NCBI GenBank assembly: GCA_002403305.1
Contig: DHHM01000023.1
Location: forward strand, 129,365-193,364
Direction of reading: 5' to 3'
Length of the DNA: 64,000 nucleotides
From: Bacteroidales bacterium UBA4772
Lineage (GTDB): Bacteria; Bacteroidota; Bacteroidia; Bacteroidales; VadinHA17
Each line of letters opens with the position of its first letter. Within the stretch, counting starts at the first letter, position 1. Under the pieces are notes generated by a model that made no database searches, was not told the DNA's origin, and saw only the letters and a list, made by a program, of their open reading frames with translations. The translations under genes were made by a program, and so were the position numbers. Below, one piece after another: positions 7,722 to 16,527 of this stretch.

Positions 7722-9395
7722 TTACTGCCGGGATCTCTCCAGGAATTTCTCCTGGAACTCTTCCCAGACCTCAGGTCCGAATTCCTCAAGAACTCCGTCC
7801 TTAAACTCACCTCCATCCTGTAAAACCACATGAGCATATCTTGTATCACCAGGTCCGGGCATAACTGTGAGAAAATCCCTGATCCGTGCAAATTCCTCTT
7901 TCAGGTAATCAATATACTTCCCGGGAAATTCCAGCAGGCGTGATTCCTTCTCCCAGTTGTCAGGTTCAATGGCATAGATCCATCCCTCATCATACGGTGA
8001 GTTATTCATTATCCCGGTATCAGCCGTCAGCTTCTCATTCCGCATGACAATTCTGCCACTTACCGGAGATTTGATTTCAAGTTGTTTGCCGTTCTGTACA
8101 ACGGACACCACATGTTCGCCCTTATGTACTATTTCGCCGGGGTCCTTCATTCTGAGGCGGGTGAGAGAACCGGTCACATGCTGAAGGAAGTCGTCAATGC
8201 CTATCCTTACAAGACCGTCCTTCTCCATAAACGCCCATGCATGGCCTCTGTCAAACAATATTCCGGCAGGTGTGATCAGGGACTTCAGGCTGAATGCCAG
8301 TGATGGCTTCTGCCTGGATGAAACGATCTCCTCTGCACCTGAACTGGTTAACCGGTATATTGCGTATGCTACAGATGTAACTGTCACGATCACCGCCAGG
8401 ATCCAGAGCCATGCCCTTAATGCCGGACGGCCGCCACTGCCAGCCGTTACCAGAGCCTGGTCAGAAACCAGTGCGTCCGTTCTGATCATGCCTTCTCCCG
8501 GTGCAAGGGCTGTGAAGCCGGTTCCCGCCAGGAGAGGTTGTCCGTCGACCAGTACATACCTTATCAGGTCGGAGGGTGCTCCCGGCGAAGGATTTGTGGC
8601 TGAGGCAGCATAGATATTATTGCACAGTGCTTTCGGATACTTGCCAATATAGACTCCTCTGCTGAAACTGTTGTAATCGGCATAGAACTGTTCGAAATAG
8701 TCCGACCTTGAGTTATTATTCACATCGACGGGTATTATTTGTATGCCATCAATGAATCCCCGGCCTGTTTTATCGGTTATATCAGCCAGGCGGCAGAATG
8801 CCAGTGCTTGCGGGTTACTTTTAATGGCAGCCGGAATGTACGCAGATGAGAGCGAGGATGTGGCTCTGACAAGCGCCGGATCTGATTGAGCGAACCTTGA
8901 CAAAGCACTGACGACGGTGATGTCATCCGGTATTAAAACGGTGACAGGGGAGAGGTCATCATTATTGAGAAGATCACCCCAGGTGGGTGTACCTTCAGCA
9001 GTCAGTATCCCGCCAAACTGCTCCGGAGAGATTCCGCTTTCTGAGATGACGGCAAGGAAAGGACTCGTTGCACTCATTACCGGAACTATTACATCACGCC
9101 CCACAACTATTTTCCAGGCAGCTCTCTCTCCGGCGCGATCCGACGAACTGCCGGTGAAAAATAGAATGTCAGCGCCGGCAAACTCATCTGACGGGAGAGC
9201 AATCACCTCTGCTGCCGGGTATTTTCCACGAAATCCTTCTATCCACATCTTTGCCAGGATCTCAGTTTCCGTATCACTTGCAACACTGACCCGGTTTACG
9301 GGATTCTGAGCAGGTTCACTTTTACCTTTCTGGCCGGCCATGATGCCGAAGTGCAGCATCATCAGGCAGATTGTCAACGGAATAATTCTTTTCAT
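7722..9395 (-). CDS. Fusion protein: periplasmic PstS-like (PBP) domain, one TM helix, cytoplasmic glycine-cleavage-H-like domain
   Basis: Signal peptide, then ~300 aa with PBP_like_2-like segments (KIVVGRDVIVPV.., GISPEQFGGIL..TWGDLL). TM helix LRAWLWILAVIVTVTSVAYAIY. GcvH-like region GHAWAF..GLVRIGIDDF...EIKSPVSGRI...SPYDEGWIYAIE. Confidence 0.6.
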   Translation of the reverse strand: MKRIIPLTICLMMLHFGIMAGQKGKSEPAQNPVNRVSVASDTETEILAKMWIEGFRGKYPAAEVIALPSDEFAGADILFFTGSSSDRAGERAAWKIVVGRDVIVPVMSATSPFLAVISESGISPEQFGGILTAEGTPTWGDLLNNDDLSPVTVLIPDDITVVSALSRFAQSDPALVRATSSLSSAYIPAAIKSNPQALAFCRLADITDKTGRGFIDGIQIIPVDVNNNSRSDYFEQFYADYNSFSRGVYIGKYPKALCNNIYAASATNPSPGAPSDLIRYVLVDGQPLLAGTGFTALAPGEGMIRTDALVSDQALVTAGSGGRPALRAWLWILAVIVTVTSVAYAIYRLTSSGAEEIVSSRQKPSLAFSLKSLITPAGILFDRGHAWAFMEKDGLVRIGIDDFLQHVTGSLTRLRMKDPGEIVHKGEHVVSVVQNGKQLEIKSPVSGRIVMRNEKLTADTGIMNNSPYDEGWIYAIEPDNWEKESRLLEFPGKYIDYLKEEFARIRDFLTVMPGPGDTRYAHVVLQDGGEFKDGVLEEFGPEVWEEFQEKFLERSRQ

Positions 9396-9437
9396 ATCAT
9401 TGATTGTTGATGTATAACACTATTTAACACCACCTGT

Positions 9438-9452
9438 CCAATTTGCATGCCA
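9438..9452 (-). promoter_or_regulatory. Weak sigma-54-like promoter upstream of the PBP-GcvH-like gene
   Basis: Minus strand reads TGGCATGCAAATTGG. The -24 half is good and the spacing is correct, but the -12 element is TTGG instead of TTGC. About 40 nt upstream of the ATG at 9395. Confidence 0.25.
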
Positions 9453-9739
9453 AACGTTATAACAAAATGATAATGAGATACATAGAATACCATTATGTAT
9501 TTTCAGATTACCCAGAACTGTTGAAATAGTATACAGATATTTTTATCGATCCATGTAAGTGACAGATAATAAATAAAATAGATCTGTGTTTAAAAAATAT
9601 ACATATGTTTAATAATACAACACCCTTGAAGAAGCTATAACGTAAGTAAAACATATTCAGGATCATAGAATGACAACAAAGATTAGCAGTTATTTCAGAT
9701 CATTTTTAATTCCTTAGTTGGTTGCGTTACTGCTTTTTT

Positions 9740-9747
9740 TATATTTG
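9740..9747 (+). promoter_or_regulatory. Bacteroidota -7 box (TAnnTTTG) candidate for zwf
   Basis: TATATTTG in the AT-rich 464-bp spacer, ~110 nt upstream of the zwf ATG. Confidence 0.3.
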
Positions 9748-9859
9748 TTACTGTTACCAGGCTGCGCTACACGGTTAAAAATCCTGTCATTTCAGGTATT
9801 CGGGCGAACAAGGGTCAGGTGCAGGAGTGAATGTGAATTGGAGAATCAAACTCAAATGA

Positions 9860-11428
9860 ATGGAGAGGCCTGACAATTTGATAATTGTGATTTTTGGAGG
9901 CAGGGGTGACCTGGCTATGAGAAAGATTATGCCGGCGTTGTATGCTCTTTATGTTGAGAATCTGATGCCTGAAAAGTTTGCTGTGGTTGCCACGGGCAGG
10001 ACCGGGGTTACGGATATAGCGTATCGCGGGGAGGTGAAAAAGGCCCTTGACGGAATGGCAGAGGCAGATCGCGGAGCGGCTGATGAAAAGGTTCATGCCG
10101 GAATAGTGGATGAAAAGTCCGGAGCAAATTCTGATAAGTTTGTTGAGCTGTTTCACTACATCGATTTTGATACCTCCGTTGCCGGTGAGTACAAACGTCT
10201 TCCTGATTTCCTTGAGATGATCAGACAGAAGTTCAGTATTGGCGGAAACATACTTTTTTACCTTTCCGTTCCTCCTGATCTGTACGATGTGATACCCCGC
10301 AATCTGGCCCTGCAGGGTCTGAACAATGAGGGTGACGGCTGGAAGAGGATGATCATTGAGAAACCGTTCGGTTACGATTACACCAGTGCCGAAAAACTTA
10401 ACAGGACACTTCTTGAGACATGGAACGAAAACCAGATATTCCGTATTGATCATTACCTGGGCAAGGAGACGGTGCAGAATATCCTGGTGACCAGGTTCTC
10501 AAACGGCATCTTTGAGCCCCTTTGGAACCGTAATTATGTACATCATGTGGAGATCACCTCCTCAGAGACTCTGGGTGTTGAGATGAGGGGATCATATTAT
10601 GAGGGTTCCGGCGCCCTGCGCGACATGGTACAGAATCACCTGCTCCATCTGGTCGGTTTTGTGGCTATGGAACCGCCATCATCAATAGATTCCACCTCCA
10701 TAAGGAATGAACTGGTGAAGGTTTTTGAGTCGCTCAGGCCGATCAGCAGTGAGGAGGTGCACCGGACTGCCATACGCGGGCAGTATACCGGGGCTCATGT
10801 CAGGGGGGGATGGCTGAAGGGATACCGTGAGGAGGCTAATGTGGATACGGCCTCCATGACGGAGACATTTGCGGCTCTAAAGTTTTATATTGATAACTGG
10901 AGATGGGGCGGAGTACCTTTTTATATAAGAACCGGAAAGAGATTGCCAACCCGCGTCACCGAGGCAGTGATCCATTTCAAACCGACTCCTCACTACCTAT
11001 TTTCGGGTGAAAGTCTGTGCGATGGATGTAACCAGCTGATTATCAGAATACAGCCTGATGAGGGGATACTGCTGAAGTTCGGCATGAAAATCCCGGGGGC
11101 CGGATTTAAGGTGAAGAACGTCAACATGGACTTTCACTACTCTGACCTTGCCGCCGAAAGGATACCCGAAGCCTACGAGAGGCTTCTGTATGACTGTATG
11201 AAGGGCGATTCCACCCTCTACACCAGGTCAGACGCCGTGCTGGCTGCCTGGAAGTTCCTTGACCCTGTGCTTGAAGCCTGGAAAAACGACAGCTCAATTC
11301 CTGTTTATGGATATCCTGCGGGGACATGGGGTCCGGAGAAAGCTGATGATCTCATAGAGGAGCCTGAGCTTACGTGGAGATACCCATGTAAAAATCTTGC
11401 CGAAGATGGTGTTTATTGTGAATTATAA
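9860..11428 (+). CDS. zwf: Glucose-6-phosphate dehydrogenase
   Basis: IIVIFGGRGDLAMRKIMPALY (NADP site), RIDHYLGKE (active-site signature), MVQNHLLHL. Length 522 aa. Confidence 0.95.
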   Translation: MERPDNLIIVIFGGRGDLAMRKIMPALYALYVENLMPEKFAVVATGRTGVTDIAYRGEVKKALDGMAEADRGAADEKVHAGIVDEKSGANSDKFVELFHYIDFDTSVAGEYKRLPDFLEMIRQKFSIGGNILFYLSVPPDLYDVIPRNLALQGLNNEGDGWKRMIIEKPFGYDYTSAEKLNRTLLETWNENQIFRIDHYLGKETVQNILVTRFSNGIFEPLWNRNYVHHVEITSSETLGVEMRGSYYEGSGALRDMVQNHLLHLVGFVAMEPPSSIDSTSIRNELVKVFESLRPISSEEVHRTAIRGQYTGAHVRGGWLKGYREEANVDTASMTETFAALKFYIDNWRWGGVPFYIRTGKRLPTRVTEAVIHFKPTPHYLFSGESLCDGCNQLIIRIQPDEGILLKFGMKIPGAGFKVKNVNMDFHYSDLAAERIPEAYERLLYDCMKGDSTLYTRSDAVLAAWKFLDPVLEAWKNDSSIPVYGYPAGTWGPEKADDLIEEPELTWRYPCKNLAEDGVYCEL

Positions 11429-11445
11429 TTAGTTTTATGTCCTGA

Positions 11446-12192
11446 TTGTTTCAGAACATGTCATATTCAGTCAGAGTGTTCCCCGCCCGCGAAGCCCTGG
11501 CGCAAAGTTTCGCTGCAATGCTGATCAAGGATCTTGACAGGATTGAACCCGATCATTACTACACTGTTGCGCTCTCAGGCGGCTCAACACCGGAGTTTAT
11601 CTTCAAGTATATCTCGGACAACTACGCGGACAGGATAAGCTGGGGTAAGATGCTGGTTTTCTGGGGTGATGAGCGATGCGTCGGCCCGGACGACAGTGAG
11701 AGCAACTACCGGATGGCGTATGATAGCCTGTTGCAGAATGTGCCAATCCCCGATGCCAATATTCTCAGGGTCAGGGGAGAGGATGATCCGGATGCAGAAG
11801 CCAGGCAGTATTCTGAGCTTGTAAGCTCCATGGTCCCCTTATTCAACGGGATCCCGCAGTTTGACCTGATGCTTCTGGGTCTCGGAGATGACGGCCACAC
11901 TGCATCTGTCTTTCCTGACAGACCTGATCTCTTTGCCACAGCACGTCTCTTCGACGTTGCGGTTCATCCCGGCACCGGCCTCAGGAGGATCACGGCTACG
12001 GGAAGGCTTATCAACAACTCATCCAAAGTATATTATATTGTGACAGGCAAGGACAAGGCCTCCATTGTTTCGGAGATTGTGGATAAGAAGCCCGGTTATG
12101 AGAGGTATCCCGCATCATGGGTCAAACCGGGTTCGGGTCAACTGTTGTGGATGCTGGACGGTGAGGCTGCCTCGTTGCTGAAAAAACAATAA
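11446..12192 (+). CDS. pgl: 6-phosphogluconolactonase
   Basis: ALSGGSTPE, VFWGDERCV, LLGLGDDGHTASVFP motifs. Lies 17 nt after zwf. An alternative ATG is at 11458. Confidence 0.9.
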   Translation: MFQNMSYSVRVFPAREALAQSFAAMLIKDLDRIEPDHYYTVALSGGSTPEFIFKYISDNYADRISWGKMLVFWGDERCVGPDDSESNYRMAYDSLLQNVPIPDANILRVRGEDDPDAEARQYSELVSSMVPLFNGIPQFDLMLLGLGDDGHTASVFPDRPDLFATARLFDVAVHPGTGLRRITATGRLINNSSKVYYIVTGKDKASIVSEIVDKKPGYERYPASWVKPGSGQLLWMLDGEAASLLKKQ

Positions 12193-12219
12193 CATTGTCA
12201 TTTTCATAAACAACTCTAT

Positions 12220-13359
12220 ATGATCGCAGGAATTCTTAAAGAGACGGGGAAGGAAAACAGGGTCGCACTCCTTCCAGGTGAAGCGGCAGCATTAATAAAG
12301 CTCGGGGTTGACATCATGGTTGAGCACGGGGCCGGTGAGAGAGCATATGCCCCGGACAGTGAATATGAGGCTGCCGGCGCCTCACCTACAGCAAGGAAGG
12401 ATATCCTCTCCAAAGCAGATCTGCTGCTGAGCATTAACCCTCCGGTAGCTGATGATGTCGGTGCCTTCAGGGCCGGGCAGATTCTCTGCACGGTCCTTGA
12501 CCCGGTTGAGAACAGGGAGTGGCTGGAAAAGATCAGACAGAGGGGTGTGACCCTTCTTGCCCTTGACCTTGTGCCCAGGATCACCAGGGCACAGTCGATG
12601 GACATACTCTCTTCCATGGCTACGGTCTCAGGTTACAAGGCGGTGCTGGAAGCTGCATCCCTGCTGCCGCGGTTCTTCCCGATGTTCATGTCGGCCGCGG
12701 GTACCATCAAGCCTGCACGGATACTGATACTGGGTGCCGGTGTTGCAGGCCTGCAGGCTATTGCCATAGCACGCAAGCTGGGGGCTGTGGTTGAGGTTTT
12801 TGATGTGAGGTCAGCTGTGAAGGAGGAGGTGAAAAGCCTTGGCGGTAAATTTGTCGAGGTTGAAGGAGCTGTTGAAGATGCTGCCGCCGGTGGTTATGCC
12901 GTAGAGCAGACGGAAGAATTTAAGCGGCGTCAGCAGGAGCTCATCCAGCAGCGTGCTGCCGCCGCTGACGTGATCATCGCCACAGCGCAGATACCCGGCA
13001 GAAGGGCTCCGGTGCTGATACTTAAAGATACAGTGGCCAAAATGAAGCCGGGGTCGGTGATTATTGACCTCGCAGCCTCGACAGGAGGCAACTGTGAGCT
13101 TACAGAGAACGGTGTTGCCGTTAATGCCAACGGGGTCACTATAATAGGAAAATCAGACTACCCCTCGGAGATGCCGTCCGATGCCAGCCGGATGTTCGGC
13201 AACAACATAATCAATCTCCTCAAAATCATGGTTGACAAGGAGGGTAAAATAGTACCGGATATGGGAGACGAGGTCATCTTCGGCACCACGGCAGTGCACG
13301 GCGGAGAGTATGTCAGTCCAAGAGTAAAACAGATGCTTGATATAAAACAAACTGCATAA
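12220..13359 (+). CDS. pntAA: NAD(P) transhydrogenase alpha subunit, part 1 (dI)
   Basis: MIAGILKETGKENRVALLP..., Rossmann motif ILILGAGVAGLQAIAIARKLGA, alanine-dehydrogenase/PNT fold. Confidence 0.9.
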   Translation: MIAGILKETGKENRVALLPGEAAALIKLGVDIMVEHGAGERAYAPDSEYEAAGASPTARKDILSKADLLLSINPPVADDVGAFRAGQILCTVLDPVENREWLEKIRQRGVTLLALDLVPRITRAQSMDILSSMATVSGYKAVLEAASLLPRFFPMFMSAAGTIKPARILILGAGVAGLQAIAIARKLGAVVEVFDVRSAVKEEVKSLGGKFVEVEGAVEDAAAGGYAVEQTEEFKRRQQELIQQRAAAADVIIATAQIPGRRAPVLILKDTVAKMKPGSVIIDLAASTGGNCELTENGVAVNANGVTIIGKSDYPSEMPSDASRMFGNNIINLLKIMVDKEGKIVPDMGDEVIFGTTAVHGGEYVSPRVKQMLDIKQTA

Positions 13360-13661
13360 TGGAAGGATTTCTTGAATTTTTTATGGCGAACAGGGGCATC
13401 ATTTACATGGTGATCCTCTCAATATTCCTGGGCATTGAGGTTATAAGCCATGTTCCCGCAATACTGCATACCCCCCTGATGTCAGGTGCAAACGCCATCC
13501 ACGGGGTTGTCATTATCGGAGCAATTATTGTCATGGGCCATGCGGAGACCACGGGAGCAATGATCCTCGGTTTTCTCGCCGTTGTGCTCGGCACTCTGAA
13601 CGTTGTTGGCGGTTTCGTCGTCACCGACAGGATGCTTGAGATGTTTAAAAAGAAAAAATAA
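13359..13661 (+). CDS. pntAB: NAD(P) transhydrogenase alpha subunit, part 2 (membrane)
   Basis: 100-aa hydrophobic protein (..PLMSGANAIHGVVIIGAI..). Its start overlaps the pntAA stop (TAATG). Confidence 0.85.
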   Translation: MEGFLEFFMANRGIIYMVILSIFLGIEVISHVPAILHTPLMSGANAIHGVVIIGAIIVMGHAETTGAMILGFLAVVLGTLNVVGGFVVTDRMLEMFKKKK

Positions 13662-13697
13662 CCCCGAATTATCACAGTCGCTGCAAATAGTCGCACT

Positions 13698-15134
13698 ATG
13701 AATGATGTTTTCCAGTTTTCAGCAGGTATCTCTGTGCTTGAGATTACCTATATCGTTGCCTCTGTCTTTTTCATCCTCGGATTGAAGATGCTCAGTCATC
13801 CCCTCACGGCAAGGAGGGGTAATATTATTGCTGCCATCGGTATGATTCTGGCAATTGCCGCCACAATACTGTTCCACCAGAAGGATGGGGCACCGATTGG
13901 CAATATAGGTTGGATCATCGGTGCCATGATAATCGGTACCGCCATCGGATGGATCATAGCCGTAAAGGTGAAGATGACGGCGATGCCTCAGCTGGTCTCT
14001 TTCTTTAACGGTATGGGAGGCGCTGCCGCAGCCCTCATCTCCATGATGGAGTTCCCTCATATCAGCAGCGAGCTTATCGCAAGAACAGGCATGGCCAACG
14101 GTCATGTGCTGGCGATACTCCTTGGCCTGGTGATTGGGTCGGTCTCATGGGCCGGAAGCATGATTGCCTTTGGCAAGCTCGACGGATGGATAGGCGATCT
14201 GAGGGTCAAGGCAATGAAATATGTCAACGTTACAATTCTGGTTGTTATAATCGCCTTTATTGTTTATATCATGACCCGTGACGTACAGGCCTCCTCGGAG
14301 CTGACTCCGCTGATACTGATTCTCTTTGCCGTTGCTGTCGCCTACGGAGTGCTCTTCGTCATGCCCATCGGCGGCGCTGACATGCCGGTGGTGATATCTC
14401 TTCTCAACAGCTTTACCGGAGTAGCTGCAGCCATGGGCGGATTCCTCTACAACAACCAGGCGATGCTTACCGGCGGGATACTTGTCGGATCGGCAGGAAC
14501 GATACTCACAATCCTGATGTGCCGCGCCATGAACCGCTCACTGCTCAATGTCATTGTCGGTGTCTTCGGCGGCGGCGGAGCGGCTGCCGCAACTGAGGGC
14601 GGAACCGTTAAGGAGATAACCGTGTCGGACGCCGCCGTGCTGCTGAGCTATTCAAAGAAGGTGGTGATTGTGCCGGGCTACGGACTGGCAGTGGCACAGG
14701 CACAGCATATATGCCATGAGCTGGACAAGCTCCTTGATGAGAAAGGGGTGGAGGTGAGGTATGCAATTCACCCTGTCGCAGGCCGCATGCCCGGCCATAT
14801 GAATGTGCTGATGGCTGAGGCCGATGTTCCCTATGAACAGCTGGTAGAGAGCGACGAGGTCAATCCAGACCTTCCAAATACCGACGTGATTGTGGTCATC
14901 GGCGCCAATGACGTTGTCAACCCGGCAGCCGAGGATGATCCCTCGAGCCCGATATACGGAATGCCCATTGTGAAGGCACGTGATGCCAAAAACATCATCG
15001 TCATGAAGCGCGGGATGGGCAAGGGCTACGCTGCCATAGCGAATATGCTCTTCTACAACGATAAGACACGCATGCTCTTCGGAGACGCCAAAAGCACATT
15101 GCAGGCACTGGTCACGGAGGTTAAGGCATTGTAG
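13698..15134 (+). CDS. pntB: NAD(P) transhydrogenase beta subunit
   Basis: N-terminal multi-TM region plus dIII NADP(H) domain (VVIVPGYGLAVAQAQH..., HPVAGRMPGHMNVLMAEA, VIGANDVVNPAA). Confidence 0.92.
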   Translation: MNDVFQFSAGISVLEITYIVASVFFILGLKMLSHPLTARRGNIIAAIGMILAIAATILFHQKDGAPIGNIGWIIGAMIIGTAIGWIIAVKVKMTAMPQLVSFFNGMGGAAAALISMMEFPHISSELIARTGMANGHVLAILLGLVIGSVSWAGSMIAFGKLDGWIGDLRVKAMKYVNVTILVVIIAFIVYIMTRDVQASSELTPLILILFAVAVAYGVLFVMPIGGADMPVVISLLNSFTGVAAAMGGFLYNNQAMLTGGILVGSAGTILTILMCRAMNRSLLNVIVGVFGGGGAAAATEGGTVKEITVSDAAVLLSYSKKVVIVPGYGLAVAQAQHICHELDKLLDEKGVEVRYAIHPVAGRMPGHMNVLMAEADVPYEQLVESDEVNPDLPNTDVIVVIGANDVVNPAAEDDPSSPIYGMPIVKARDAKNIIVMKRGMGKGYAAIANMLFYNDKTRMLFGDAKSTLQALVTEVKAL

Positions 15135-15380
15135 ATTTGCGATTTGGGATTTGCAATTGACGATTTGATTTGACTGCCGACTGCTGTCTGCAATACTTTA
15201 AGGCTTGCAGCCTGTCTTACGATACCTGAAGACCCGGATGTGCTTCACGAGTGTCTGACCTCGGTTTGCAGTCAGTATTCGTTTGATTTTTTTCATTACA
15301 AAAATATCTGACCCCAATTCGAAATTCGCAAATCGCAAATCGCAATTCGCAAATCCCAAATCGCAAATCGCAAATCGCAA
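15134..15380. repeat. Inverted heptamer-microsatellite element (GATTTGC arrays as terminal inverted repeats around a ~140-bp core)
   Basis: Left arm 15134-15174 has ~6 units of GATTTGC. Right arm 15314-15380 has ~9.5 units of GCAAATC. A 21-nt perfect inverted match pairs 15134-15154 with 15349-15369. Confidence 0.7.
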
Positions 15381-15389
15381 GTGGGCTGA

Positions 15390-16496
15390 CTATCTCGCCA
15401 GTTCCATAATGACGTCAGTTATGTGCCCCCAGTATTTCCTGTGAAAATTCAGACTCTTTTTGCCCAGCATTGAATGATATGTCTGTGGCTCGTCTTCCGG
15501 GGCGAATTTAACCTTTGCCCGGTCTTCATACAGGGCTGATACTTCAGGGTGGAACTGGACGGTAAAGACATTCTGATACCTGACATGGGCTATCCCTTCA
15601 ACCACCTTGCCATCCATTGAAAGGGCAGTAATATCAAAACAGACAGCCACATTCTTTACTGACTGGTGGTGATGGCTGTAAACAAGTGGTTGCATGTTTC
15701 GCGATACCTTAACCGTTTTCCCGAAGAATCCGTGGTCAGTGAACCTTACCGGATGAATGCTGCTGCTCATGTAGCCCGGGCCTTCCTTGACTTTCTGCCA
15801 GTAGTTGCGGTGCTGGTTGGCACGGTCGATCAGGACATGAGTCTCCGGCCTGTAGCTTTCGTATATCTGTGCCGGGATATCCTGGCAGAGAGTGCCTCCT
15901 GCAGCTACGTTCATGGTCTGCATTCCGAGACAGAAGCCTGTTACCAGGTAGTCGGGTTTCTCAGTGAGCAACGGGGTGAAGGTTGTATTCCGTGTGCTTC
16001 CCAGAAGATGAAACAGAAAAGTTACCTCAAAAAAATGTCTTCCCGGATCGCTGGTCTCGGAATACCAGTTTTCCTCACCGTAGACTGACGGAGGAATGTC
16101 CTCCCCTCCAAAGAAAAAGACTCCGATGGAGTTTTTGAAAATCAGACGGAGGTCGTCACTGCATGGGTTCTCCCTGTAAATAAGATCCTCGGTCAGTGGT
16201 CCCTTGACCTCGTGAAGGTGGTAATTCTTTATTCCAACGGAATCAATATACTTTACCGACTTGGAAAAATCATACTTCTGACTCGAGTGATAAACGCCAA
16301 CAAAGTCTATCATGTCGGTATTAATATCAAGCTGGCCGTTTTTTACAAGGAAATCGACAACCTCAATGTTCCCGACGGTCGGGTTGACAAGGATGACATA
16401 ATCCTTCTCCCTGCTGAAATTCTCACGAAAGAAATCCTGTGCTGAAATCTGCACACCCAGAAAGACAATCGCCAGAATCAGAAAAGCCTTTTTCAT
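15390..16496 (-). CDS. Exported class-I glutamine amidotransferase-like / peptidase C26 (gamma-glutamyl hydrolase) family protein
   Basis: Start at MKKAFLILAIVFLGVQISAQ (signal peptide). Nucleophile elbow GFCLGMQTM and His/Glu motif FTVQFHPE. Confidence 0.75.
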   Translation of the reverse strand: MKKAFLILAIVFLGVQISAQDFFRENFSREKDYVILVNPTVGNIEVVDFLVKNGQLDINTDMIDFVGVYHSSQKYDFSKSVKYIDSVGIKNYHLHEVKGPLTEDLIYRENPCSDDLRLIFKNSIGVFFFGGEDIPPSVYGEENWYSETSDPGRHFFEVTFLFHLLGSTRNTTFTPLLTEKPDYLVTGFCLGMQTMNVAAGGTLCQDIPAQIYESYRPETHVLIDRANQHRNYWQKVKEGPGYMSSSIHPVRFTDHGFFGKTVKVSRNMQPLVYSHHHQSVKNVAVCFDITALSMDGKVVEGIAHVRYQNVFTVQFHPEVSALYEDRAKVKFAPEDEPQTYHSMLGKKSLNFHRKYWGHITDVIMELAR

Positions 16497-16527
16497 GATG
16501 CAAATGTTTATGCGGTAAATGTAAATC

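Noticed and set aside
9396-9859. A hidden small gene or ncRNA in the 464-bp AT-rich spacer
   Set aside because: I could see no ORF over 30 codons with a plausible start and no convincing conserved-structure signature (only short hairpins such as acagat..atctgt near 9563-9588). I interpret it as a divergent promoter region. A covariance-model scan would be needed to exclude an sRNA.
15198-15380. 60-aa minus-strand ORF (MRFAICDLGFANCDLRFANFELG...)
   Set aside because: The N-terminal half is the translated GCAAATC microsatellite arm. Only the distal 32 codons (15198-15296) could be a real micro-ORF. Without conservation or expression data I do not call it a CDS, and it is mentioned only in the repeat-element finding.
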